Shown here: positions 22,306 to 32,022 of the stretch, one piece after another
Numbering within the stretch: the stretch's first letter is position 1
Layout of the letters: each line of letters begins with the position of its first letter
NCBI GenBank assembly: GCA_965243395.1
Contig: CBDEUS010000001.1
Location: 1,024,001-1,088,000, forward strand
From: Gammaproteobacteria bacterium
GTDB lineage: Bacteria > Pseudomonadota > Gammaproteobacteria > UBA4575
Direction of reading: 5' to 3'
Length of the DNA stretch: 64,000 nt
Translations under genes and position numbers: made by a program
The notes under the pieces: model-generated
Database searches by the model: none
What the model was told of the DNA's origin: nothing
What the model saw: only the letters and a program-made list of their open reading frames with translations

Positions 22306-23055
22306 TTAGGCTGCAGTTGCCTCAGGTTGACTATCAGTTACAAAGTTAAGAACCTTTACCGATGCCATTTCAAGACTATCAACAATTTCAGTCGTCTTGG
22401 TTGAAAGCCATGCATGTATTAGCAATAAAGGAATACCTACCATCAAACCAAATGCAGTGGTGTTCATTGCTACAGAAATATTTGCTGATAAGATATCTGC
22501 TTTATCCGCAGGATTAGCTTCTGCAATTGATGTAAATGCACCAATCAAACCAATAATAGTTCCAAGCAATCCAAGTAAAGTGGCAATATTTGCGAAGGTG
22601 GCAAGATAGTGCGTACGTTTTTCTAGTTTCGGCAACACTTCCATTAAGCCTTCTTCCATTGCAATTTCAACATCATCACGACGTCGTGTAGTTTTTGCAC
22701 GTAGAAAACCATAGTGAATAATGCGACTTACCGCTGCTTTGGATTTTTCTGCAAAACCCATTGCTTGTGACAAATTCCCACTTCTTAAAGCAGACTGTAG
22801 TTTGTTCCAAGCTAACTGGTTACGCGTACGTGACGCTGAAAGATAAAGATATCTTTCAATTGCAATCGCAATACCAATTGCAAGAATGATTGCAATTGGA
22901 ATCATGAATGGCCCACCTGATTGGAAAAAAGAAACTACCGTTTCATAAAGGCTCGGATCATGCACTTCAGGAGTGAGTAACATTTCTGTACCATCTTCCA
23001 TCATTACAGTCTCTGAACCATCGGTAGTGATGATTTCTGACCCGTTCTCTTCCAT
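22306..23055 (-). CDS. MotA/TolQ/ExbB proton-channel protein (AglR-like)
   Basis: GGPFM..IAIER, ANIATLLGLLGTIIGLI..F, ISVAMNTTAFGL; AAGGAG RBS upstream. Confidence 0.93.
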   Translation of the reverse strand: MEENGSEIITTDGSETVMMEDGTEMLLTPEVHDPSLYETVVSFFQSGGPFMIPIAIILAIGIAIAIERYLYLSASRTRNQLAWNKLQSALRSGNLSQAMGFAEKSKAAVSRIIHYGFLRAKTTRRRDDVEIAMEEGLMEVLPKLEKRTHYLATFANIATLLGLLGTIIGLIGAFTSIAEANPADKADILSANISVAMNTTAFGLMVGIPLLLIHAWLSTKTTEIVDSLEMASVKVLNFVTDSQPEATAA

Positions 23056-23090
23056 TTTTTTGCTCCTTAGCGTTTAACGCTTTAATAAAA

Positions 23091-23108
23091 TCCAGCTCAC
23101 TAGCTGGA
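23091..23108 (-). terminator. Intra-operon hairpin (possible weak terminator or mRNA stabiliser)
   Basis: Perfect 7-bp stem TCCAGCT-N4-AGCTGGA followed on the minus strand by TTTTATT. Confidence 0.45.
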
Positions 23109-23122
23109 ATGAAAACTTAAAA

Positions 23123-23407
23123 TTAATAATATTGTTCGTAATAACTTACTTTTCTTTTGTGCACATCCTTATCTACAGGACCTAGTACTTCATCTAGTAA
23201 ACTTTGCAGAGGCGACCCGTCTAATTTTCCTGGCTCCGGTGCCTTCCAGGGAACAATAACCAACGCCTTGGGTAATTCACGATTACCTATAACTGAAATA
23301 CCCTCTAATTCTTGAGTAGGGCCCACTTGTTTTACTCTTGGATTGTCTTCAGCCGTTACAACACAACATGTTAGAAATAAACTGACAAAAACTAATATTT
23401 TTTTCAT
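23123..23407 (-). CDS. Small exported protein in the GltF/CglF position
   Basis: Signal peptide, LEGISVIGNRELPKALVIVPWK; lies between the TPR lipoprotein and exbB. Confidence 0.65.
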   Translation of the reverse strand: MKKILVFVSLFLTCCVVTAEDNPRVKQVGPTQELEGISVIGNRELPKALVIVPWKAPEPGKLDGSPLQSLLDEVLGPVDKDVHKRKVSYYEQYY

Positions 23408-23412
23408 TTTAC

Positions 23413-24078
23413 TTAGCTACCCTGCTTCTTTAACTGAGACATCCACGCAATTACTTGCTTATCCTGCCCACCAGATAAATCCAAATATTCTTGATAATGG
23501 TTTAATGCGCACCCTATTTTCCTTAAATAGACATCACACAAAATAGCTAGATTCAGATGGGCGTTTTTATAATCCGGATACGCGGCCAGAGCTTTAATAT
23601 ATAGCTTCTCAGCTTCATCAAACTCGCCATTTTCACGCTTTAAAATAGCTAGTTGGTTCAAGGCATATGGATTATTTGGGTTGATCATAATCGCTTTTTC
23701 AAAGGCAAGTTGTGCGCGTTTAGTGTCACCCAGTTCTTTATAAGCGACGCCAATATTTACCCATGGCCCGGAGACTCGTCGATCCATCTTGGCCACGTTT
23801 TGCATTTCAATAATGGCCGTATCGTAATTTTTTGCACTCATATGCTTTAATGCTTCGTTGTAAGCCGTTATTGTTTTCTTGCTAATCCTAAATTTAGGTT
23901 GTGCTAATAATTTTTCTGCAGGCTTTTCATTTTTTGTTGCACTAGTTTTTGAATTCGCCGGCTTTTTAAGGCTTGGTAAATTTGCACAACTAGACAACGT
24001 TGTAATAGCAAATACCATTACACCGAGAACTACTAAAAATTTAATAGATGTTTTGTACAAGGTTTTCACTCCGTTCAA
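23413..24078 (-). CDS. TPR lipoprotein (GltE/AglT-like)
   Basis: Lipobox LSSC; TPRs (PWVNIGVAY, ALNQLAIL..G.FDEAEKLY, AHLNLAILCDVY). Confidence 0.82.
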   Translation of the reverse strand: MNGVKTLYKTSIKFLVVLGVMVFAITTLSSCANLPSLKKPANSKTSATKNEKPAEKLLAQPKFRISKKTITAYNEALKHMSAKNYDTAIIEMQNVAKMDRRVSGPWVNIGVAYKELGDTKRAQLAFEKAIMINPNNPYALNQLAILKRENGEFDEAEKLYIKALAAYPDYKNAHLNLAILCDVYLRKIGCALNHYQEYLDLSGGQDKQVIAWMSQLKKQGS

Positions 24079-26857
24079 CTTTCACATATTGTGCCGGTGA
24101 TAAAATTGCTAATTCAGTCATACTTTTCTTAACCCACTCGTCATACACCTCGGCTGAAATACGTGCTGCATTTAATTCGTGTACTTCAATTGCCTGTTCT
24201 TCAAACGGATAAGCTTGTTCTTCTAAAAGTATTTCATATTGTTCAATTTCTTCACTAGACAATCCTTTAGGACGATCAGATTCCATCATCGCGATCGCAA
24301 AGTCTTGATAAATTCTTCCAGTCCAATACGTTGCTGCTGTAGTTACTTGTGCAACTTTATAATTACTTGCGGTTTCATAAGCATCTAATGCAACCTGCAT
24401 TTGTTTCTTCTTGCGTTTCAGATTTTTTTCTAATGGATGTCGTAAAGAAATTAGCTTATATGCCTCATACTGAATTTTAGCCAAATCCAATGTAGCGTTA
24501 GCAGCCAAAAACTTTGTGCGGTCATTTCGCTCTGCTCCAGCCTGAGCATCGGTATCGATCAATCTACGTTGCCAAGTGCGCTTTTCTTTAATTTTTTTAC
24601 GCCCGTCATACATTTCGATAAGTTTCTGCATTGATTCCATTGCAGGTTCAACAGGCTTCGGATGTTCTTCCACGTAAGCAATTAAACTTTTTTCTGCACC
24701 ATAAAAATCTCCCCCCTTGTCATAGAGACTCGCAGCTTGTAAATGTGCCTCTCGTTTCAATTTAAGATCGCTTGAGCTTGCACCAATAACCTCATATTCT
24801 TTTGCAGCTTTCAGATGTTGGCCGCCTTTGTCGTACGACACCGCAAGTTTTTTAGTTACATCACTTTGCAATTCATGCTCTGGATAGCGCATACGAAAGT
24901 CTTCTAAAGTTGTAGAAGCACGATTCCAATCCTCAAGTTCTAGCAATGCTGCAGAAGCATCATACTGAGCAGTTGCACGAATCTTTGCATCAGGAACGAC
25001 TTGACCCACCCTTAGATAATGAGAAACGGCAGCATCCAAATCGCCTTCTTTTTTACTTGCTTCACCTTGTTTGTAAACTGAAGCTGCCAGTCGATCTTTT
25101 AATGGTTCACGTAACTCCTTATTAGCTTCAACTCTACGCAAAGCTTCAACATATGCCTTTTCTGAACTGGCAAACTGATTTGTATCGAAAGCTGAGTTAG
25201 CTTTAACGGCCCAAGCCGATAACACCAGTTTTTGATCCGCACTCGAGTGCTCTTTAATAATAATGTCGGATGCTTCAGTAGCACGTTCATAATCTTTACG
25301 TGCGTAAAGTTCTTCAGCAGTAACTGTCATTACCTTAGGTACTTCAGGATGCTCAGGATGATTTTCATTAAACTTGAATGAACTATCGATGAGTTGATTT
25401 TTTATTGCTGATTGTTGAGCAGCACTGTTTTCTAACTTAAGCCACTCGTTATAAGCAATAATTGCGGCGTAACCAGCCTCTGCAGATTTAGGATGTTTCT
25501 TGTAATCGTAAGCAGTCTTTTCATAAGACTGTACAGCGTTAGCATATTGCTTGGTTTCATATTGAACTTCCGCTAAATAGAAGTTCATTTCAGATGCTTT
25601 TTCATCCTCAGGGAAAGAATCTAGATAAGCCGTATACCACGTTGCAGCTTCATCATAGAATTCTTTAGGCTTATTACGCTCTTTCTGTGCAACTGAATGA
25701 TAATGTTTTGCAAGATCGGTAATTGTAGATTTAAGCAGTGAAACAATATCTTCTGAATCAGTTATTTCATTGTGAACCCAATATTCAGACTTTAAATTGT
25801 AGTCCACAACAAATTCTTTCTTTGCACGTAGAACTTCTGTAGGAAAGTTGCCTTTCTTATACGCATCAATGGATTTAATTTGAAAATGCGGTGCCTTAGG
25901 GCTGAATCTATGTGTTTCTACAAACTGCCTGTAAGTATTAGCAGCGTCACTCCAACGACGTTTTTCTAGATATTGCTCGCCCAATCGTTCATAGACTAAA
26001 ATCTCATATGGTTTTCTTCCAGATTTTGCAAAAAATCCAGATACCTCATCCGGTCCACCTAAATATGCAAAACTTAAGCTAATTGCACGTAACGTATCGT
26101 CTACGAGTTCTTGATCAGGTTGAGATAGTTGCGCAATTTGTTCTTTTTCAACACCATTGACAAGTAAATTATCCAAAACCAAGTTAAAAGATGGGAGACC
26201 ATAATCATAATCGACTTGCTTGAAGTGCGACCAACCATGTTTATAAAGTGAATGAATATAAAAACGACTTTCAGATCCATGATTTATAACAGACTCATAT
26301 GCATCTTCTGCTTGTGCATATTGTTTTTCAACAAATAAAATTTCGGCACGTCTAAATTGTGTTTCCGCAAAATATGCCGACTGAGGATATTCATAAACCA
26401 ATTGATCCAATGCCTTTAAAGCTTTTTCATGTTCACCACTAAGCTCATAGGCGCGTGAGATTTGATATAGCACACGATCTCTTCCTTCGTAAGTAGTGTG
26501 CTTAGCCAATATATCTTCATATAATTTAATAGTTTCTGCATAACTAGACTTGTTAGGTACTTGAACATTTTCGGCCAAATGATCTTCTGTCTCCTCCATT
26601 CGCAAATCACCTAAGCGACGCAGAACCTCAGGATGCACATCGTCTGGATTTTCTTTAACTATTTTTCTATATTGACTAATTGCTTTGGTTCGACTGCTTT
26701 TTACAGGAACATCTTCATTTACTTTGACTTTCTTCTTGCTAACACTGCCAATAGTATGGCCACGCCCCTTGCCAAAGCTTCCACACGAAACCAGTAAGCT
26801 AGCAATCATGATTGCAAGAATAATTTTTTGAACGAGGCCTACCAAAACTTCCACCAT
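24041..26857 (-). CDS. Large TPR lipoprotein (GltD/AgmU-like)
   Basis: Lipobox LVSC, many TPRs (VLYQISRAYE, ETQFRRAEILF, SLYKHGWSHFK), C-terminal YEILLEEQAYPFEEQAIEVHELN. Confidence 0.82.
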   Translation of the reverse strand: MVEVLVGLVQKIILAIMIASLLVSCGSFGKGRGHTIGSVSKKKVKVNEDVPVKSSRTKAISQYRKIVKENPDDVHPEVLRRLGDLRMEETEDHLAENVQVPNKSSYAETIKLYEDILAKHTTYEGRDRVLYQISRAYELSGEHEKALKALDQLVYEYPQSAYFAETQFRRAEILFVEKQYAQAEDAYESVINHGSESRFYIHSLYKHGWSHFKQVDYDYGLPSFNLVLDNLLVNGVEKEQIAQLSQPDQELVDDTLRAISLSFAYLGGPDEVSGFFAKSGRKPYEILVYERLGEQYLEKRRWSDAANTYRQFVETHRFSPKAPHFQIKSIDAYKKGNFPTEVLRAKKEFVVDYNLKSEYWVHNEITDSEDIVSLLKSTITDLAKHYHSVAQKERNKPKEFYDEAATWYTAYLDSFPEDEKASEMNFYLAEVQYETKQYANAVQSYEKTAYDYKKHPKSAEAGYAAIIAYNEWLKLENSAAQQSAIKNQLIDSSFKFNENHPEHPEVPKVMTVTAEELYARKDYERATEASDIIIKEHSSADQKLVLSAWAVKANSAFDTNQFASSEKAYVEALRRVEANKELREPLKDRLAASVYKQGEASKKEGDLDAAVSHYLRVGQVVPDAKIRATAQYDASAALLELEDWNRASTTLEDFRMRYPEHELQSDVTKKLAVSYDKGGQHLKAAKEYEVIGASSSDLKLKREAHLQAASLYDKGGDFYGAEKSLIAYVEEHPKPVEPAMESMQKLIEMYDGRKKIKEKRTWQRRLIDTDAQAGAERNDRTKFLAANATLDLAKIQYEAYKLISLRHPLEKNLKRKKKQMQVALDAYETASNYKVAQVTTAATYWTGRIYQDFAIAMMESDRPKGLSSEEIEQYEILLEEQAYPFEEQAIEVHELNAARISAEVYDEWVKKSMTELAILSPAQYVKVERSENLVQNIY

Positions 26858-28809
26858 CTTTTAGATTTTTTAGACTGATTTTCTACATCAACATCTATTT
26901 GTTGTTGCCCTGGTGGCGTTGAAGCGACTGCATCATATGCAGCAGCTAGTTCATAACGTGCATGTTTTTCATAGCCTGCTAGTATTTTTTCACGCTTCTT
27001 TAATTCTTTTACAGCTACGTGCTCAAGATAGCGTGATTGCTCTAAAAACACTCGCTCGGCAATTGGAATGAGTCTTTTTATTTCTTTATGTAAAGCTAGT
27101 ATTCGTGCTTCGAATTCATCAAATTTTTCTACACTTTCTGAAATTGCTTTTTTTATTGAAACACTTTTATCAGGTGTTATAGACAAATGCTTTTCAATTT
27201 CTGATATTTTTTGCTTATGATTCCATTTGCGCTCAATGTAGGCACTATGAATTTGCCATTTCATTATTCCTCGCATCAAATCTACTTTTTCTCGCATTTG
27301 AGCAATTTTATTGTTATCAGGTTCTTGCTTTGCTAGTAAATCAAGACGTTCTTCAAGCTCATCTATTTTCGCTAATTTATGCTTTTCTTCAGCGGTTGCT
27401 AACTGAATGAAAGCATCATCATTTTCAATTTCGTTTAATACAAATGACAAAGTATCTTTTTGTGATTGCAATTTACTTAAATCTAACTCATGCAATCGAG
27501 CTTTTACGAGAGGTAAATATTTTTGGTAACGAGCTTTGCGCGTATCAAGCATAGTGAGATAAATTTGTATATTTTCATCCCAATACATTAAATTTTTCTT
27601 TAAAAATAATAAGTCACGAAAATTTTTCAATGCTTCATGAAATTCATGCTCAGCCAATAATTCTGTAAAATATTTAACTTCAGGCAATTCGGGTAAGTCA
27701 CGAAGTGTCCAAAACCATCCCATTTGGGGGCCACCTTTAGTTCTATCGAGTAAAGCACTGACTAATGCGCCTTGTTCAATTTCATTCGCTGCATAAGAAA
27801 GCTCTTGCGCTTCTGTTAAATAAATATCTGCAGCTTTTTCGTATGCTTGTACGGCTCTTCCATGCAAACCCATAGCATTATATGCATGCGCCAAAGCCAG
27901 AATCCCTTCTTGTACTTCAGAGTGGTATGCACTGCGGTTACGTAGTTCCATTAGTGGGGCTAACGCATAATTATGTCTGTTGGCATTAGTATTTGCCCAA
28001 CCAATGCCCAGTAATGCCAAGTTGGAATAAAGACCTTCAAGGCGAACTTTTTCTAAATATTCAATCGCATCTTCAGGTCGATCATTTTGAATAAGTGTTA
28101 GACCTGAAGCGAGATTAGCGCGATCACGAAGTGTGCGCAGCGTCTCAGTTTCTGCTTTTAACTTACCAACCTTTTTTAAGTAATCGATACCTGTTTCAAT
28201 ATCACCGCGTTTTGTATGAGCAATGCCTAAATTATAATTTGCATAATGTTTGTAATTCTTTGAAGCCTTCCAATTATCTAAACTAGAAATTGCCGCGCCA
28301 TAATTTCCTTGCGACATATATACTTGACCGGTGAGTAGTTTCAATTCACCAAAAATACTTTCTTGAACCGGTCCACTTACATTACTTAAAAATTCAGCAG
28401 ATTCGTCTAAATAACCACGCTGAAAATAAATTTTTGCCAGGTAATAGTATGCACGGTTCTTTATCGTTTCACGTACATTACCTTCTAAAAGTTTATTGAA
28501 AATGCGTTTTGACTCTTTATGCAAACCATAAGACAAGTCGATACCGCCAAGTAACAACTCATCTTCTGGCACATGATTGGACGTGCGATTTAAATCACGT
28601 GCTGCTAGTAAATGAACAATAGAGGTAAAATAGTCTTCTTGATAAAAATGAAATAAAACTTCACCGTAGTGAAGGTCCTTGATAATATTTGGATCTTCTG
28701 TTTTTGCGTGAGTTAGCCCAGAAAATAGCAAAAGTATAGAAACGCAAAAAGCCAAGTTTCCCTTGGCTTTATATTTGTTTATCGCCGATAATAATTTAAC
28801 GATTAACAT
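26839..28809 (-). CDS. Exported TPR/coiled-coil protein (GltC-like)
   Basis: Signal peptide, DLHYGEVLFHFYQ, TPRs (AYYYLAKIYF, ALLGIGWA), C-terminal coiled coil. Confidence 0.75.
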   Translation of the reverse strand: MLIVKLLSAINKYKAKGNLAFCVSILLLFSGLTHAKTEDPNIIKDLHYGEVLFHFYQEDYFTSIVHLLAARDLNRTSNHVPEDELLLGGIDLSYGLHKESKRIFNKLLEGNVRETIKNRAYYYLAKIYFQRGYLDESAEFLSNVSGPVQESIFGELKLLTGQVYMSQGNYGAAISSLDNWKASKNYKHYANYNLGIAHTKRGDIETGIDYLKKVGKLKAETETLRTLRDRANLASGLTLIQNDRPEDAIEYLEKVRLEGLYSNLALLGIGWANTNANRHNYALAPLMELRNRSAYHSEVQEGILALAHAYNAMGLHGRAVQAYEKAADIYLTEAQELSYAANEIEQGALVSALLDRTKGGPQMGWFWTLRDLPELPEVKYFTELLAEHEFHEALKNFRDLLFLKKNLMYWDENIQIYLTMLDTRKARYQKYLPLVKARLHELDLSKLQSQKDTLSFVLNEIENDDAFIQLATAEEKHKLAKIDELEERLDLLAKQEPDNNKIAQMREKVDLMRGIMKWQIHSAYIERKWNHKQKISEIEKHLSITPDKSVSIKKAISESVEKFDEFEARILALHKEIKRLIPIAERVFLEQSRYLEHVAVKELKKREKILAGYEKHARYELAAAYDAVASTPPGQQQIDVDVENQSKKSKRWWKFW

Positions 28810-28816
28810 TAATTTA

Positions 28817-29365
28817 TTATTCCCATTCTTTAACTATGAAATCAGGCTGATGCTTTGGAGTCCTGTCTGTAATTTTCAACTCTAAATATTTTGCCCCTAG
28901 ACCTTTATCGATTATTCGATTTGCGCCGCGTTTAAAATCTCTTCCTTTAGGACCTCTGCCGACAAAATATGCTACAAGCTCATGTTCACCTGACGGTAGA
29001 TTACCTATATATATTTGATGTACCCCGCCACGTAGTAATGCATCAACTTCGCGCTCAGTGTAAAGATAATTCGCTACAACCTTTTCGTTTAACATGACTT
29101 GAACAGAATCCAAATCAAAAAAATCACCTACATCAACTGATACGTAAACAGCAACTTGAGTACTGGATGGATAAAGAAGCTCTTCTTCTAAAATATAAAG
29201 GTCACGATTTAATTCAAGTACTTCTTCTTTTAACACTTGAATATCATCATCCAAACCTTGGAAGTCTTGTTCTTCACTAGCATTTAATTCGCCAATGTCA
29301 GCACCTACACTGCATACAAATGCCAGCAAAACAGTACTAATTATTAAAATAAATTTCTTATGCAT
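28817..29365 (-). CDS. Exported hypothetical protein of the Glt-like cluster
   Basis: Signal peptide, coiled coil LKEEVLELNRDL..LEEELL, beta-rich C-terminal domain; no HTH visible. Confidence 0.75.
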   Translation of the reverse strand: MHKKFILIISTVLLAFVCSVGADIGELNASEEQDFQGLDDDIQVLKEEVLELNRDLYILEEELLYPSSTQVAVYVSVDVGDFFDLDSVQVMLNEKVVANYLYTEREVDALLRGGVHQIYIGNLPSGEHELVAYFVGRGPKGRDFKRGANRIIDKGLGAKYLELKITDRTPKHQPDFIVKEWE

Positions 29366-29423
29366 ATTTTTTCTCCACCGACACTTCTACTGTACTTTTA
29401 TTAATCCTTGGTTAAATTACTCA

Positions 29424-30560
29424 CTAGAACCAAGAAGAAATGTAGAACTGTATGGTTGTAGCATCAAATGAATACCCGCCTCCTAAACTTGCGGTATCAG
29501 CAACTGACTCTATTCCCGAATAATCGTCATAGTCATAGTCCAAATACTCAACTGCGAGATTTAATGAAGCTGTGCGTAAAAATTTGTAGTCTTTAAATAA
29601 GTCGTAACGAACACGCCCACCTATTGCAAAGCTATCAAACGTACTAAGCTCTTTATCCCGCGCCATATATCTCAATCGAGTGCTGAAATTGTCGCTATAG
29701 AAATCCGCCTTATCCTGGGTGTAATAGCGACCATAAACGTCAACAACCCATTGATTTCCAATGTATTGTGAATAATTAAGGTCTACGGTATGTGAACGAA
29801 TGTCCCAAGTGTCCCTATAAAACCGATAACCGACTGATGTTGAAGCTCTATGCTGCCAGTATTTAATACCTTTCAAAGAATAGGCTTGTCCTGTCCTTGT
29901 ATCAGGATATTCTTCAGAGCCGCTACCTTGAGAAACACCGTTTACAAATACAAAACGATAGGGGTTATTTAGAAAGCCTTCTTCAACGGTTGCTTCATAA
30001 TCAAACTGCATGGCAATCGTTTTTGTAATCACCTGTGAGATCCCAGCACGGAATAGATAACGATCTAAATCCTCTGCAAAACTATCTAAATCAACTCTTT
30101 CTATATCATCGGTACCAATTGAAGCGCCGATATTCATTTTAGTCATGGCTCCAAACATTTCGTGTGAAATGTCGAAACTCACTAAATTAGCTTCGTAATC
30201 ATCTTCGTCACTGAAGGTATAAGACAGATCCATTAAAGTATTGTCATATAAGTAAGTACCTCCAAGCGTGAATTCGTCACGTTCTTCGTCATATTCGCTT
30301 GCACCTGCTAAAACATCTGGCGATGCGCCACTGATACTGTCATGGTGATAGCCACCATAAATAGAATATTTACCTGCAAAATTTTTACGTACCAGCATTG
30401 TCGCACCATCAACCTCTACCCCTCCTCCATCATAGTAGTGGTAACCTATGTCTGCTCGTTCTTCTGGCAATACTTCTGCCCACACATGATGACTACTAAA
30501 CATTGTTAGCAGTAAAATTAGAAAATATTTTTTGTAATATTTTTTAATCATTATGCTCAA
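29424..30560 (-). CDS. DUF3570-like outer-membrane beta-barrel, probable flavinylation substrate
   Basis: Signal peptide, YYDGGGVEV, DSISGAS, GFLNNPYR, YRFYRDTWDIRSHT, C-terminal Phe. Confidence 0.85.
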   Translation of the reverse strand: MSIMIKKYYKKYFLILLLTMFSSHHVWAEVLPEERADIGYHYYDGGGVEVDGATMLVRKNFAGKYSIYGGYHHDSISGASPDVLAGASEYDEERDEFTLGGTYLYDNTLMDLSYTFSDEDDYEANLVSFDISHEMFGAMTKMNIGASIGTDDIERVDLDSFAEDLDRYLFRAGISQVITKTIAMQFDYEATVEEGFLNNPYRFVFVNGVSQGSGSEEYPDTRTGQAYSLKGIKYWQHRASTSVGYRFYRDTWDIRSHTVDLNYSQYIGNQWVVDVYGRYYTQDKADFYSDNFSTRLRYMARDKELSTFDSFAIGGRVRYDLFKDYKFLRTASLNLAVEYLDYDYDDYSGIESVADTASLGGGYSFDATTIQFYISSWF

Positions 30561-30562
30561 AT

Positions 30563-30829
30563 TTAATTACAACCACACCCACCACCATGCGAATAGCCAG
30601 CACCACGTGCACCTTCACGTGTGTTAAATACATGCTGTCTATATTTGTTAGATAAAGGATCTTTATTAAAACTCATAATGGGGTCTGCCAAATATTCGCG
30701 CTCATAAGGTGCGACCCAAGGCTCTAATTCAGGCAAACTTGGTAAACGAAATGATGAACAAGCACTTAAAGTAATAAGAACTACAGAAATAAATAAAAAC
30801 TGCGCAACTTTTTTAGAAATAATCAACAT
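30563..30829 (-). CDS. DUF4266-like lipoprotein
   Basis: Lipobox LSAC, VAPYEREYLADPIM, REGARG, C-terminal GGGCGCN. Confidence 0.9.
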   Translation of the reverse strand: MLIISKKVAQFLFISVVLITLSACSSFRLPSLPELEPWVAPYEREYLADPIMSFNKDPLSNKYRQHVFNTREGARGAGYSHGGGCGCN

Positions 30830-30832
30830 GAC

Positions 30833-31342
30833 TTATTCCTTTCTTAAGGCTTGAATTTGGCGGTGATAGCGTTCGATATAGCCTTTCTTATATCCTTTAT
30901 TTACATGACGAATTTTTCCTGAGCGATCAATGATGATCGTGGTTGGCATGGCTTTGATATCAAAACTTCTGCTGACGTTTTTGTCTTCATCAAATAAGAC
31001 AGGAAAATTAACTTTTAATTTTTTTGCTAAATACATTGCTTTAGACTGATCTTCGTCAATATTGATGCCTAGTAATTCAAAGTCATACGGGTCTAAAGAT
31101 TCATGCAATTCATTTAGACGGGGAATTTCTTCTGTACATGGACCACACCATGTAGCCCAAAAATTTAGCATTACAATACGTCCTTTTAATTCACTTAAAC
31201 GTATATTCTTTCCGGAAGCACTTTTTAGTGTGAAATCTGGCGCTGTATCAACTTTAATCTTGGCAAATGAGATTACGCTTGCAGCACTAACTACAAGTAA
31301 TAAAGTTAAGATCCCTATAACTAATATATATTTTTTACTCAT
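30833..31342 (-). CDS. TlpA-family thioredoxin-like disulfide oxidoreductase
   Basis: APDFTL, NFWATWCGPC, cis-Pro AMPTT, N-terminal anchor. Confidence 0.93.
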   Translation of the reverse strand: MSKKYILVIGILTLLLVVSAASVISFAKIKVDTAPDFTLKSASGKNIRLSELKGRIVMLNFWATWCGPCTEEIPRLNELHESLDPYDFELLGINIDEDQSKAMYLAKKLKVNFPVLFDEDKNVSRSFDIKAMPTTIIIDRSGKIRHVNKGYKKGYIERYHRQIQALRKE

Positions 31343-31362
31343 GATGTTACTTTTCTGAATAA

Positions 31363-32001
31363 TTAGAAGAACACACCTACGTTGGCTGTAATTTCAAAAT
31401 TATTTGTAAATTCGTTATCGCCTAATAAATCAGTTTCATAGACAATGTCACGTACATCAAAACGAAATGACAACCAATCTGTTGGCAAGACCTTCAAGCC
31501 AAAACCAACGTTGTAGGCAAACTCATCTTCGTCATTAAATTCCACATTGCCTACTCCAAACATCAGGTAAAAGCTACTGGTCATTGCTATATCGCTGCCA
31601 AGAAATACTTCTCCAGGAAAGATGTTGTAACCGATTGAAACGTTGTAGTAGGTGATGTCTTCATCTTGTAAAATATTGAAAGTGGTTAAGTTTTCTAAAG
31701 TTTCATCTGAAGACTCAGACATTCCAATTGAGCCTTCTATAAAAAAGTCTTCTGTAACATGGTAGGCTGCACGTAATCCATACGCGGGCTCTGTTCCAAA
31801 GTCTTCTACATCCAATACTCCGTAATAGGCCGTAATTTCAAAATTTTCAGTGTCAATACGTGGTACAACGATATCTCTTCGGTAAATATCGGGTTCAATT
31901 ACCTGTTCCTGGCTAGACTCAGGTTCGGGTGCTTCCTCGTCTGCATTCACCGGTTGCAAAAGAAATATAATTAATAAAATAAAAAGTAATTTAGTTTTCA
32001 T
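31363..32001 (-). CDS. Outer-membrane beta-barrel (OmpA-like, GltA/B/H-type)
   Basis: Signal peptide, IDTENFE, YHVTEDFFIE, GYNIFPGE, RFDVRD, C-terminal VFF. Confidence 0.82.
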   Translation of the reverse strand: MKTKLLFILLIIFLLQPVNADEEAPEPESSQEQVIEPDIYRRDIVVPRIDTENFEITAYYGVLDVEDFGTEPAYGLRAAYHVTEDFFIEGSIGMSESSDETLENLTTFNILQDEDITYYNVSIGYNIFPGEVFLGSDIAMTSSFYLMFGVGNVEFNDEDEFAYNVGFGLKVLPTDWLSFRFDVRDIVYETDLLGDNEFTNNFEITANVGVFF

Positions 32002-32022
32002 ATGATGTCCTAAGTTTTAGCA

